DNA of 32,978 nucleotides from Craspedostauros australis. Taxonomy: Eukaryota. Positions 20,216 to 32,613 of this stretch are shown one piece after another. Below the pieces are notes generated by a model. The model was not told where the DNA came from. It saw nothing but the letters and a program-made list of their open reading frames with translations, and made no database searches. Numbering within the stretch: the stretch's first letter is position 1; each line of letters begins with the position of its first letter. A program made the position numbers and the translations under genes. The DNA lies in contig JALAGF010001754.1 in assembly GCA_030167865.1 (NCBI GenBank), positions 1 to 32,978 on the forward strand. Direction: 5' to 3'.

Positions 20216-20968
20216 ATGAAGCACGCAACAAAGGCACCAGTATTCTCCGCCAGCCCACTTGTCCTTGTGGTTGCGACAGTCTGCGCAGTTCTGTTCATCG
20301 CACCAGCCTGCGACGCGTTCGTCATCCGCCATGGACTGCCGCGCACAACCGCACTATCCGCCCGCGACAAGATCACGAAATCGGACGATGAATGGAGATC
20401 CATTCTGACGCAGGATCAGTTCTACGTCTTGCGCGAGGAAGGCACGGAGCCACCCAATTCGTCGCAGCTCAATCTCATTGACGACGCAGAAGGCACCTTC
20501 ATCTGCGCCGCGTGCAAATCGCCGCTGTTTCCAGCCGAGGCCAAGTTCGATTCCGGCACGGGTTGGCCATCGTTCTACGCGCCCGTCGACAACGACGCCG
20601 TCGCCTTCCATACCGATTTCAAGCTGCTTCTGCCGCGCACGGAGTGCCGCTGTGCCACGTGCGATGGACATTTGGGTCACATGTTCGACGATGGTCCCGA
20701 TCCGACGGGACAGCGATTCTGTATGAACGGTGTCGCCATGGAGTTTAGTCCCACCACCATTGATGAGGATGTCGGTGAGCCGTACAAACCATCGGCGCAG
20801 CAGGTATTGCCCACTGCCATCTTCAATGCATTTGCCGGTGCTTTGGCATTCAATTCGTTGTTGACGAATGTGGAGCAGGGCATCACGTCTCCTTTGGCGA
20901 TTGGACTTCCGTCGATTTTGGCAACATACTGCGGACTGCAGGCGGCCAGGGCATTGTCGCGGTTGTGA
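20216..20968 (+). CDS. msrB: Methionine-R-sulfoxide reductase B, likely plastid-targeted, with hydrophobic C-terminal tail (250 aa)
   Basis: EGTEPP, Zn motifs CAAC and CATC, KFDSGTGWPSF, GHLGHMFDDGP and catalytic RFCMNG. Signal peptide followed by CDAF-VI. Confidence 0.93.
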   Translation: MKHATKAPVFSASPLVLVVATVCAVLFIAPACDAFVIRHGLPRTTALSARDKITKSDDEWRSILTQDQFYVLREEGTEPPNSSQLNLIDDAEGTFICAACKSPLFPAEAKFDSGTGWPSFYAPVDNDAVAFHTDFKLLLPRTECRCATCDGHLGHMFDDGPDPTGQRFCMNGVAMEFSPTTIDEDVGEPYKPSAQQVLPTAIFNAFAGALAFNSLLTNVEQGITSPLAIGLPSILATYCGLQAARALSRL

Positions 20969-23040
20969 TCCAGTCTGTGGAAGCGAACCAACAGAGACAA
21001 CACAACATCGTGGGCACTCGCGCGTTGGACCACGTCATGGGTGCTCCACGAGTACGAGGGAAGTTGTAAAAGCCAGCTCGATCCGGTTCTGCTTCATTTG
21101 ACAAAGGCGGAATGCATCGTCCGACGCAACAACCCAGAAAGTGGAATTCATCACCGGGATCGAGCTCACTCTCTACCTGTAGCCTGGTAGACGATGAGTG
21201 GAAGCGTGCAAGAGACGACACTGATGGTGATGGCAACCACCACCACAATGATAAACCTCTCTTGTATCGTGCCTCTTGTTGTCCAGAAGTTATAATGCCC
21301 CGTTGTGCGTCAGTTTTCTTGCAGCTTTGCGGTGTCAACCATGGTGGACCATAATCATAGGCCACACCTTTGCGCACTACATTGTCATACAATATGAACG
21401 ACCTATTATACGAGCCACCACCACGATCTATTATTGTTTGGTGCACAGCATCAACGACATGCACATCCCATTCCAAACTAGCCAGTCTACAAACTTGGGC
21501 CTATGAAAAGGTCAGGAGGAATGGACAACAACACGGCCAGACAGGGAAGGTCATGGCCCAACGCACCAACAGGCATCAATTGATAAGAAGATCTGGCAGT
21601 TGATGTTCAGGCACCACGATTGGGGATCTTGCCACAGATGTCAATGTTGATTATCGTTGGCTTGCCTTCTTGGCCCGTCTTCTTGGCCTCTCTGTGGAAG
21701 TGCTGTGATGATACTCTCTCTTCATGCAGCGTTGTGCTGAAGCACGATCCATTGTGCTCTATTTTGCAAGAAAGCCTCTTCGCGATGTTGGCATGTTGGC
21801 ATGCTGGCATGTGCTCCACTGAGAAGAGCTCCGCCACCACACTTCAACTCCCAAATGCATGCGACAAGAAAGCGATCGAGTTTGTGAGCTTTGGTATTTT
21901 TGTCGGTCATGGCCTTCATAATTGTTGATCGTGTTGTCCAACCAACTATCCTTCGCATGTGTCATTGCGATCCAACCGCAAAGAACGCAAACAATTAACG
22001 CAATAGCAACATGCGTCCATGAATGAAACGGGACTCCCGCTAGCTTTGTTTGTCCTTCCGTCCCAACAATGGTTCTCGTTATGTTCGAGAGTCATGGACA
22101 TCAGTGTTCCGGAGGAATCAACAGCCTTGTGGTGGCTTCTCGTGACACAATAAGACGACGGCGATAACCCCAACGCATTGGTTGGCCAGCTGCTTTGATC
22201 ATGATGTTCGCCAGTGGCGCCTGTACACTTATGCTCGTCTGCGTCAAGTCGATCCGTGGCAAATTGGCAGGGGCCTATCTCATTGATGGTTCCTCTGTCC
22301 ACTACTCTACGCCGACAACTCCAACCCCTTTCTCATGGTTTGCGGTCATCGAATGGAGTACCTCGGTAAGCTGTCAGCGGACTCATCCTCTCTTGTTGTT
22401 GGAGGCTGCCTCCATGCCACTTTGAACATCATGACAGAACTGACCAGGAACCATCTTTCTGCACCGGTTTGATGATGGCAGTGGTCGCGACAGTGCGCTC
22501 CGCTCTCTTGGGCAGAATAGCCCGTACTATTTCAGTTCCGTCGCAACTCCGGCACAAGGCACCAAAAGAAGAGACAAGACAACACGATTGCTGCGTCTCT
22601 GTCTGCCTCACGATAAATCTGAAGTCGATCAAGAAGAGCGCAGCACACGCTGACACGCGCCAAGGGTCTGTCTCCATGTCGAGGGTCGCACGGCCCTTCG
22701 ATGCTTGCATTTGCAACCACTCTCCCACAATCCCGCATTTGGCAAAGTAGCCAAGAGAGCACAAGCAGAAACATCGACAATCTCAACGCAAAGGTGCAAG
22801 GTGACGGCCGAGTCAGAAGGAGAGGGATCATCACACCCACAAAGACAAACCAAACGAGCCTCTTCCTGGATTGCTCATCACACGAGGAGCCAAAGCAACC
22901 AAAGCTCACAACACTCACGCACCCTCTGAATAGTGGCAGAGCGTGCTCCAGAAGCGTACGATACCATACATACATCGCAACTTCCATCCATCCATCCACA
23001 CTCCGGCAACACACGAACAACCACAACGGCAACCACAACC

Positions 23041-25554
23041 ATGGCCTTGCGACGATCTTCCATCAGCGAAAAGCTCAGCATGCTGATAAGGCATGTGGAC
23101 GACAACGACGACGACGGCTACAACTCCAGTGATCAAAGCCTCGACGATGATGACATGAGCATGTCAGACTCTGGCAACACAAGTGACGAACCCAGCAGAG
23201 GAGGCTCGACCGATCGCAACAATCCAGCTCGGTTGGTCGAGAAGGAGACGCAGATCATCACGTGCTCCAAGCTCGTGGTTGCCTTCGTCCTGCTAGTTGC
23301 CACGGGGACGGCAGCAAGCATCACATACTGGTACACATCAGGTCAAGAGGAGGACACGTTCCAGAGCAGGGTGAGTGATGGATTGCATTCGGCACAGCCT
23401 TCACACGGGCTCCCTGCCATAGGCTCCGCATCTTGCGCTGCCCTCGTTTGCCAAACAAGTTGATGAAATAGTGCCCCCCTTGTCTTCCTCTCCATCCGTG
23501 TTCCTTCCCTCTCTTTGGCGCTGATGAAAATGTCAATGTCAATGACAATACCAGTGTTCCAACTAACAACACCAATGCCCCAATGTTCTTCATGTTCCAC
23601 TGCCTCGGCTGTTCTCTCCCTTGCCTCCCTCTTTCCCTCTCATTTTGGATTCTGTCATCTCTTGGGTTTCGTGTATCATCGTCGCCGCAACCCAACAACA
23701 ACGACTATGCCATCACACCATACTGTACCGTGCCATACCGTCCTTGTGCTACAGTTCAAAGACATCGCATCACAGATCATCAGCGTGTACGAGATCAACG
23801 CAAAGAAAATCTTCGACGTGTATGACACCTTCAGTCTCCAAATCACGACATACGCAATGTAAGTGCCAGTACCGCTGCAGCCGCGAATACGGATGCGAAT
23901 GCGAATGCGAACGCGAAGACCACCGAGTGCGACTATGGCGGTCTACCTGTCCCAGTGTAAGAGTCCATGACGTTGCGCCTCTCCCATCGTGGTTCACATC
24001 ATCGAACTAATGTATCCAACCACCCTCTCTCTCTCTCTCTCTCTCTCTACTTCCCTGGATCTCTATACACTACCACTGCCATCACCATCACAATACCAAC
24101 CTTGTCCCCCTGCAATCTGCGCACCATACTCAACCATACATTGGCTGGTCTGCTCGTACATACTCTCACGATGTACCAATTCGCAGTGGTAGCAACAGCA
24201 CATGGCCGTACGTGACATTGCCCAAGTTCGAAGCTCAGGCCACCAAGCTTATTGAGCAGACTGGCGCTCGAACAATGGCAATCGCTCCTATTGTGACGCC
24301 AGAGGACAGATCCAAGTGGGAATCGTATTCATCGAGCAACGACTGGTGGATCCAGGAAGGCTATGACTATCAGCAAAGCACCGAACCGGCGCCATCGGTC
24401 ATCCCATTCATCTGGAACGAATTTCGAAGACCATCGCCTGCCGTTGATGTGCAACCCAACACTGAGTATTTCATGCCGCTGTGGCAAGCATCTCCCATCC
24501 TGGAGTCCAGCAGACAGCAGAATTTTGACATGCTCGCGTTCCGATCGTTTGGACCCACCTTCCCGCTGGTTGTGGAGCAGCGAGCGCCGATCCTATCCCT
24601 CGTGCGCAACTTGGACAAGGAAGACACTGTCCCAGAGAGCTTCATCGTCGCGCCGGTTTTCGAGGATGTCGGGTCCGGCAAGATTGTTGCGGCGGTCACG
24701 TCCACGCTGCCGTGGATGAACTACTTCAGCAATCTCGTGCCGGAGGATGTCGGTACAGTCATGCTCGTCATCCAGAACACCTGCAACCAAACGCAGTCCT
24801 ATCTCATCACGGGTCCCGACGTCGAATACCTGGGCCCCAAGGACTTCCACGACTCCAGATGGAACTCCAACGTTATCCAAACTGCGTTCAACCCCTTCCT
24901 GAACGATCAGGACTGCGTCCACGAGCTGCTATTCTACCCAACAGAGGACTTCCGTGACCAGTACATTTCGAATCAACCAATCATATTCACTGTTGCGGTC
25001 GTCCTCATCTTCGTCGCCACCGCATTCGTCTTTGTCATTTACGACTGCCTGGTGGAGAAGCGGCAGGATAAGGTGCTCACGAACGCCCAGCAGTCCACGG
25101 CGATCATCAGCTCTCTGTTCCCCGCCACCGTCCGAGATCGACTGATGTCGAACAGCACCCGCAAATCGAAGACCAAGTCGACGAAGTATGAGCAAACCCG
25201 GTCCATGAAATTGAGGGACAACGTGAAGCCATTCTCCATTGAACAGCTGGGCGGAAGCTACCACAAACGAAGCGCCGCGGCCAACTCGAGTGAACAAACT
25301 TCCGCGCAACCCATCGCCGATCTCTTCCCAGAAGCGTCCGTGCTTTTTGCGGACATCTGCGGCTTCACAGCCTGGAGTTCCAGCCGCGAACCAGCGCAGG
25401 TGTTTACGCTGCTGGAGACCATCTACAATTCGTTTGACAAGATCGCGCGACGCAGACACGTCTTCAAGGTCGAGGTACGTCACATCTTCATCGTGCTGTG
25501 ATACTGATTGCGACAGTGGTCCCGTTGGTTGCGCAGATGCGACTGCAGTGTGTT

Positions 25555-25592
<38 letters not shown>

Positions 25593-28208
25593 TTTTGTGT
25601 ATTATATAAGTACATGCGCCCTTCCGGCTCACATACCTGTTGCGTTCATCCTCGTATCCTCCGGATTTTTCTTTGTCAATGTCGGACTTCTACGCTCGCG
25701 ACGCTTGCACAACCGCAACAACAACTGCAACCGCAACCATACGCACGCACGCACCTATTCGCAGACCATTGGCGACTGCTACGTCGCTGCAACCGGACTT
25801 CCTGTGCCAATGGAGGATCACGCCGTCACGCTGGCCCGTTTCGCGTGCAGCTGCCTTTCCAAGATGTCAGCCGTCGTGAAAAGGTTGGAGGTGACGCTTG
25901 GCCCGGATACAGCAGACCTCTCCATGCGAATCGGCATCCATTCAGGTCCGGTGACTGCAGGAGTGCTGAGGGGGGAGAAGTCGCGCTTCCAGCTATTTGG
26001 CGACACCGTCAATACTGCATCCAGGATGGAGAGCACAGGAACGCAAAACCGCATCCACCTGTCAAAGGAAAGCGCAGATCTGATCGCAACTGCGAACATC
26101 ACGGATCTGTGGGTCGAGCCACGGCGCAAGATGATCGAGGCGAAGGGCAAGGGAGAATTGCAAACCTTCTGGTTGTGCTACGGATCCAGCGCCACGCTTT
26201 CTCATGCGTCTGCCCCATTCGTGTCTCGATCAGGTCATGGCGATGAATCCAAGCATCTGGACCAGCAAGAATCGGAAAGCACGGACTCGGTCATCGCGGC
26301 CATCCCGGACCAGCCTCTCGACACCGCCCAGGAGAAACGCGACCGCATGGTCGACTGGAATGTCGACATCCTCCAGCGGCTCCTGAAACGAGTCATCGCG
26401 ATGAGAGGCGGAGTCAGCTGCGCTCACAAGAACAAGAAGTTGCTGGTCACACAGCAACAAATGGGTGCCGAGTGCGCGGATTGCACGGTCTTGGACGAAG
26501 TGAGGGAGATCATCAGCCTTCCCAACCAACCGTGCAGCTACAAGATGGATCCAAGCACGGTCATCCTCCCCAAGAAAGCCCATGATCAGTTGGATGACTT
26601 CGTCCAAAGGATAGAGCAGATGTACCACAAGAACAGCTTCCATTCCTTCGCGCATGCAAGGTACGAACATTCTGAAGAAGATGGTGTTGGCATGCGCGTA
26701 CGAGGAGGAAGCAAATCGAGGGGCCATACTGTTGGTTTGTCTTCGCGCTGCCTACTATGACTCCATCGTGACAAACTACAATCGCCATCGCCGTGAGACT
26801 GGCTCGCTCGCCTTGCTACGTTCGCTCTGCATCACACACTCACACGAGCATCACGCTGAACTTCTTGCTTTGCCCCGATCTTTTGCACTTTACGACAACT
26901 AAACCATCTCCCCGCACACCGTCGTATTCGCAGCCACGTAACCCAATCAGTCGTCAAGCTGCTTTCGCGGGTGGTATCACTGGACAGCGTCGCTGTGGAA
27001 GGCAGAAGAATATCTGGTGGGTCAAGCTCTGTGCGACCAGCAGCGATGAATGCGAACGCCGCCAGCACCTCATGGCACAACTACACGTACGGCATCACTT
27101 CTGACCCACTGACACAATTCGCGGTCGTCCTTTCGGCATTGATCCACGACGTTGATCATCCTGGCGTGCCAAACGCAACACTTGTGCAGGAGCAGACCGA
27201 CTACGCCCGTCTCTACAAGAACAAGAGCGTTGCAGAACAGACCTCGTTGGATCTAGCATGGAATTTGCTGATGGAGCCATGCTACGAAGATCTTCGCAGC
27301 TGCATCTACAGCACTCAATCAGAATTGGACCGATTCCGACAGTTGCTGGTGAACTCTGTCATGGCCACAGACATCGTGGACAAGGAACTTGGTGCCCTGC
27401 GCAAGAAGCGATGGAACGAGGCCTTCGCGCCAACGTTTGAATCCTTCCGCAACGACTGCCATTCCGAAAATAGCAGCAAGACTACATCGACAATGGCCAG
27501 CTCCAACCTGAGCAGCCATCACAGCGATACCACGTCGACGCACTCGGCATCGGCGGCGGGAGCCGATCCATCGTCTACAGAGCACATGAATCGCATGGCG
27601 ACGATTGTGATTGAGCATCTGATCCAAGCATCGGACGTGGCGCATACCATGCAACATTGGCATGTGTACCTGGTACGTATTCGTATTTATGTTTGTGTTC
27701 TGGATGTTGTATGCTCTGCCACTTGTACGAGTAATTGACAGTTGAGAGAGGACTGGGAGAGGTGCGCAGAGTTGGCACCTCGAAAATGCACGAGAACTAT
27801 GGCACTCTGCATGCTGCATGTTCGTACCAACATCTCATACCTTTCCTCCCACTTGCCATATCCTCGACTTCATACGCATTGTATTGTACATCTTTGATCC
27901 AACAGAAATGGAACGAGAAGTTCTTCGCGGAGAGCTACGAGGCGTTCCTCAATGGACGCTCCGACACGGATCCATCGATCGGTTGGTACGAGGGTGAAAT
28001 GGGTTTCTTCGACTACTACATCATCCCATTGGCCAAAAAGCTGAAGGACTGCGAAGTGTTTGGTGTGGGAGCAGATGAATACTTGAATTACGCGAAGGCA
28101 AACCGCGCTGAGTGGGAAACAAAGGGTCGAGACATTGTAACAGGTTACCTCAATCGAGCAAAGCGAAAGATCACAGCAGCGGCGGCGGCCGACCCAGGGG
28201 TTGTGTAA
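23041..28208 (+). CDS. Receptor-type class III nucleotidyl (guanylate-like) cyclase fused to a class I HD-domain phosphodiesterase (~1219 aa, 6 exons)
   Basis: Exons 23041-23370, 23755-23858, 24187-25474, 25765-26660, 26934-27672 and 27906-28208, all GT-AG and phase-consistent. Architecture: TM, CHASE-like extracellular region (TWPYVTLPKFE, PLWQASP), TM, cyclase (FADICGFT, KVETIGDCY, FGDTVNTASRMES), PDE (FHSFAHASHV, IHDVDHPG, ATDI, QASDVAH, GFFDYYIIPLA). Confidence 0.93.
24025..24048 (+). repeat. (CT)n microsatellite in intron 2
   Basis: About 12 CT units. Confidence 0.9.
25559..25590 (+). repeat. (CT)n microsatellite in intron 3
   Basis: About 16 CT units. Confidence 0.9.
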
Positions 28209-28710
28209 TTGCGGGGCTAACGATAGTCATGATGATACCCGGGAGAGGTGCATGCAGGAGGGGTAGAAGCAACATAAAATACTGGATGTTGCTTGAAAAA
28301 TACACTCCGGTTGATTGCCAATTTGATAGCTCGCCATGACGCATCGAGAACTCGCACGCACGGAAACGCAATTTCGTTCAAGGCATGGCACAAGGAATTG
28401 CGTCACCGGTGTCAGGACGATGCCATTCCTTGCCAGAGAAACAAGGTCGGAGTCACATGCTCTCCAGCGTCGTACTTTCGACGCGCTGCGTTTTGTCCCT
28501 TTACGCAGAATCTTGCCGTTCAAACTTGTACCAGCATGAAGCATCAGGAAGGAATCAACAGAACAACCCTGCAAGCTTGTTTGCGTGTTGGGAGTGGTTG
28601 ATCGCACTCCAACAAACACCCAGAAACACCACGCAAAACAGCAACAACAGGACAACAGTGTGAACGGCATAAATCCACTCGAAAGGTCACAATCATAATA
28701 ACAGCAACAT

Positions 28711-28790
28711 TAGCAACAGCAATAGCAACAGCAATAGCAACAGCAATAGCAACAGCAATAGCAACAGCAATAGCAACAGCAATAGCAACA
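28711..28790 (+). repeat. 12-bp tandem repeat (TAGCAACAGCAA)n upstream of the last gene
   Basis: About 6.5 perfect units ending ~55 bp before the ATG at 28846. Confidence 0.92.
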
Positions 28791-28845
28791 CCACAACACC
28801 ACAACACCACAACACCCTGATTCAACTCACAACCAACGTGCAAAG

Positions 28846-31800
28846 ATGCAATCCAACAACGTCGGAGCCGCTCGGTTGCCTCGCGCATTGCGAGACAACA
28901 GAGCGGCGCCGCCAGCAGCACCCAACAACGCGGCGAGGGTCCCGTCCTTCGCCGAACCCTACACCAATCCTCCTGCTGAAGATGACACCCCTTTGGCTGA
29001 CGATACGCTGGCGACAGCCATGGGACTGCTGTCTGTGCAACAGAAACTGATGGTCGAGCAGGAGATCATGGGCAAACTTGGGGTTCCTCCCGAATTTCCA
29101 CAACACATGAACCTCCTGTTGCAGCAACTGCGTGCACGGTTGCAGCCCATCAGGCACAAGCCGGCCTTTGACCTTGCTATGCGACAGAATCCTACCTTAG
29201 TGAATAGTCCGCAATTCCTTCGCATGTTTTTGCGCGCAGAAAGGAACGATGTCAACCACGCAGCAGACCGACTTGTGCAGCACTTCGAAGCCAAGCGAGA
29301 GATCTGGAGTGATGCCAAGCTCACCAAGAGGATCACCATGGACGACTTCACCGAAGAAGAGAAACAGTTCTTCACCAAGAATGGCAGCAGCATCCAAATG
29401 TTGCCAATACGTGATTATGCGGGAAGAGCCGTGTTCTTCTCCCACGAGGAAGAACTCGCTGAAAGCCTCATGGATCAGAACCCTGAGATACACAACGTAA
29501 GTTCCGCACTTCTGCATCAGGCAATGTCTCCGATGTCCATCGATGGACGATGTCTGTGAAGCTCATGTGCTTAGCTCNNAACAGGTGTTGCAATAGGACC
29601 ACGTGCATCCGCCAACGCGAAGTGCAGTTGGCATATGTTCTGATATATGCAAGTCAATCCGCTGCTCACCCCATCTTTCCATCACTTCCTCCGACTCTGC
29701 TCCAACCCTGCTCCAACCCTGCTACATTCGTGTGTGCTCTCCTCTCTCCCCTTTCCACAGGCTCGCTTTTTGTGGTACCTTGTCATGGCACACCTGGAAG
29801 ACGACGATGAAACACAGATCAATGGAATTGTGTACGTGGGATATGGAGTGGACTCCAAACCCAAAGGAACCAAAGCCGAGCGCGATGTGTGGTGGGCGGG
29901 TTGCAAGGCTCTCAACTCTATGCCTGTCCGACTCGCAGCCTTCCACTGCTGCTACCAGGGGCTCCTGATGAAACCATTGGCCAACCTCATGGCGTGGGGA
30001 TTGAGTCCGATCACTCGTTGCCGGATCCAAACAATCTGTGGTAAGTCAATCTACCCATGCATGCATGTATTCATGTATGTCTGTTTTAGCGTTCAACCAT
30101 TCACGTACAGTTCGAACACGCATCCGTTCGATTGAAGCGCAACCATGTTCTCACCTTTCCGCTCATTTCAAGCACACCTTCACTCACTGATCGTTCTTTG
30201 TTCGTGCTGTCCCTGCTGTTTGCTTTCAAATCGACATCACATCGCAGGAAACCATGCCAAATGCGTCAAACACTTGAAGACGTTTGGCATCCCCGTGCAC
30301 GTCCTTCCTCTCGACGAGGAATCCACCGCACCATTCAAGCAGGGAGGCCAAAGCAAGAAGGAGCACCTTCCCATGCGGCTCAATCGCGGGGAATTCGACA
30401 AGTTCCTGAAGCGCCGCCATCTGGTTGAAGGGCGTCCGATGGAGTACGCTCACCGAATTGAGCTACTGAGACTTACCGACATCATTGTTGACAAGGAACA
30501 AAACTATCACAAGCGTCACGGAAACCTCGAATTCGCCAAGCTTGTGAGTGAGCGCGTGGAAGAAATGGGCGCGGGACGAAGCAACGAGGAGACGGGTAAA
30601 ATTGGCATTATGGCGGCCATTCAGATGATACAGGACGGCATCCGATTCGTCCAACAGGTGGAAAAGTGTGGGATCTGGCGGCTTGCCGACTGGAAGGAAG
30701 TCAAAGACCTAGTTCCGCAGCTGACGAATCGCATCACCAAGGCCAACAAGAACAAGGACAAGGTCGATGCTGTTTCAACCAGCGTTGCTTCCAAGAGAGC
30801 GAGAAGTATGTCACCACACTCTGGTTCACCACTAAATGCAGACAATCCTGAGATTGCCGGCATGCCTGTTGCCAACGAAGATGAAGATGAGGGTGAGGGT
30901 GAAGGCGACGAAGGCCGCGTCGCCACCACGAGCAGCCACCAAACCAGTGCGGGCAGCGACCAAGATGCCAAACCAGCCGCCAAACGAAGAGCAAGGCCGG
31001 CAAGCGCACTCGCAACAGTTCCGGCTCCCGCTGTATCGTCGCCAGCGATGCAAGCAGGAGCCGTTGACGATGACGAAGTGCAAGTTGTCCAAGTCACCCG
31101 GGCCCCCACTTCCATGCAGCTCACTACTTCTGCTGCCGGTGCCATTGTCCCACAAGCACAGACTCCAACGCCATACGGAGCTGTGTCTTCTCCCAATTTC
31201 CCCCAATATCCGGCTCATCCGCGAGCTCCGACCTTTGCCGCCTACCAACAAGCGGCAATCCAAGGAAGAGGCGTGCAGATGGGTCAGGCTGGAATGCCAA
31301 CAGGCATCATCCCTAACGCTGCGCAGTTGCCACAGAACCTGCAAGCGCAACAGGCGAGACCCAACCTACAGGCGTTTGGCCAGCCGCAGCAGCTCCTGGC
31401 AGGTCCAGCCAGTGGCATCCCGAACTTCGGCATGCCTCAGAACGTTGGCTTTCGGGGCACTGGTGCCGTCCCGTTCCAGACTAGTATCGCGGGAGGGAAC
31501 GTGGTCGGTGGAATGACGGTGCCAACCAATCTATATGCAGCTTCGGCCGCGCAACCGAATCTGGCCGCAGCCGTTGCTCCCAATACCGTCATGATGCCAA
31601 CAAATGCTGGGACTTTTCCCAACCTCATGACAGGTGTTGGTGGAGCGACAGCATTCAACCAAGGCACACCAAACATGCAGCTCCCACGGAATCTCACACC
31701 AAATCCCACCCAAAACTTCACGCAGAACATGCAAGTGCCCATCACATCCGCACAGGCGCAAACGCCGACAATGGTTGCCGAACAGATGGGCATGCGAATG

Positions 31801-32613
31801 GGGAGGCAGCTGGCCTTGGAGATGGCTATGGAAAGGGGAGTGCGGTTGGGATTCAACCAAGCGATGGCGCAAGGAACCATGCCGAACGCAAACATGGCAA
31901 ACGCGAGCACTATGCATACTCCGACCATGCCTCCACAAGGAATGATGCCAGCTCCAAATGCAAATACGAATGCTACTCCCAACTCGCAGTTGCCGAAGCA
32001 ACAGCCACCAATAACTGGCAGTGGTGGAGCATCGAGCGATTCTTCAACCACCCACGCACTTCAGCCGGCGTCCACTGCACCGGGCCAATCGCAAGCACCG
32101 ACGCCAGCAGCGGCAGCCAAACAGCCAAAGACGGCGGCTCAGACCGCGCCAGACCCTCCCGCTGTCGCGCCACCCGAAGACACCCCGGAGAAGATCACGG
32201 AGCGAGACACAGACATTTTGTTCGGTAGGAGCAGAGCCTTTCACAAGCATTCGGGTAACATACGCATGCACTCTCTTGTGACTGATCGCAAGCACCTTTT
32301 CGATGCCGCAGCGAGAACCGAACGAAGACAATTCATCGCGGACGTGGTGGATGAATTGGTGGCCGAGGGGAGACGATTCCTGACTAGACGGACGAAGGAC
32401 GCCGACGGGACTTGGATCTGGGTCGAGGTTTCCAAGGAGAGGGCGGCCGAGAAGCTGGGGCATGCCTTCCGCGATAGACGGAAGAAGGAGAAGGGCGGAA
32501 AGGCTGTGAAAGCCGGCGAGGAAGATTCGCAGGCTGGAGCATCATCCAGCGGCAAGCAGATCTCAGAAGAAGCCGCTGCTGCCGAAGGCCTGGTCAACCT
32601 TAGAATGAAGTGA
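28846..32613 (+). CDS. CRAL-TRIO-like + DUF6824-like domain protein with long Q/P/M/A-rich linker (~1098 aa, 3 exons)
   Basis: Exons 28846-29496, 29761-30040 and 30248-32613 (GT-AG, phase-consistent). CRAL-TRIO-like motifs FLRAERNDV..AADRL, RDYAGRAVF, ETQINGIV, MPVRLAAFHCC and LKTFGIP. DUF6824-like DTDILFGR...HSGN...RRFL...WVEVS...EKLGHAFRD, plus a degenerate copy (TDII...HGNLEF...IRFV...W). Confidence 0.82.

Noticed and set aside
21140..21290. Minus-strand peptide QERFIIVVVVAITISVVSCTLPLIVYQ as a pogo/DDE_1 transposase fragment
   Set aside because: The resemblance is superficial, derives from a CAC/CAT-rich low-complexity tract, and has no supporting flanking motifs.
28544..28921. Minus-strand ORF with an AIAV repeat as a membrane protein
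   Set aside because: It is simply the translation of the 12-bp tandem repeat.
29535..29579. 14-bp palindrome GTCCATCGATGGAC and NN bases in intron 1 of the last gene
   Set aside because: An isolated short palindrome is compatible with chance. The NN is an assembly ambiguity that only makes the intron length uncertain.
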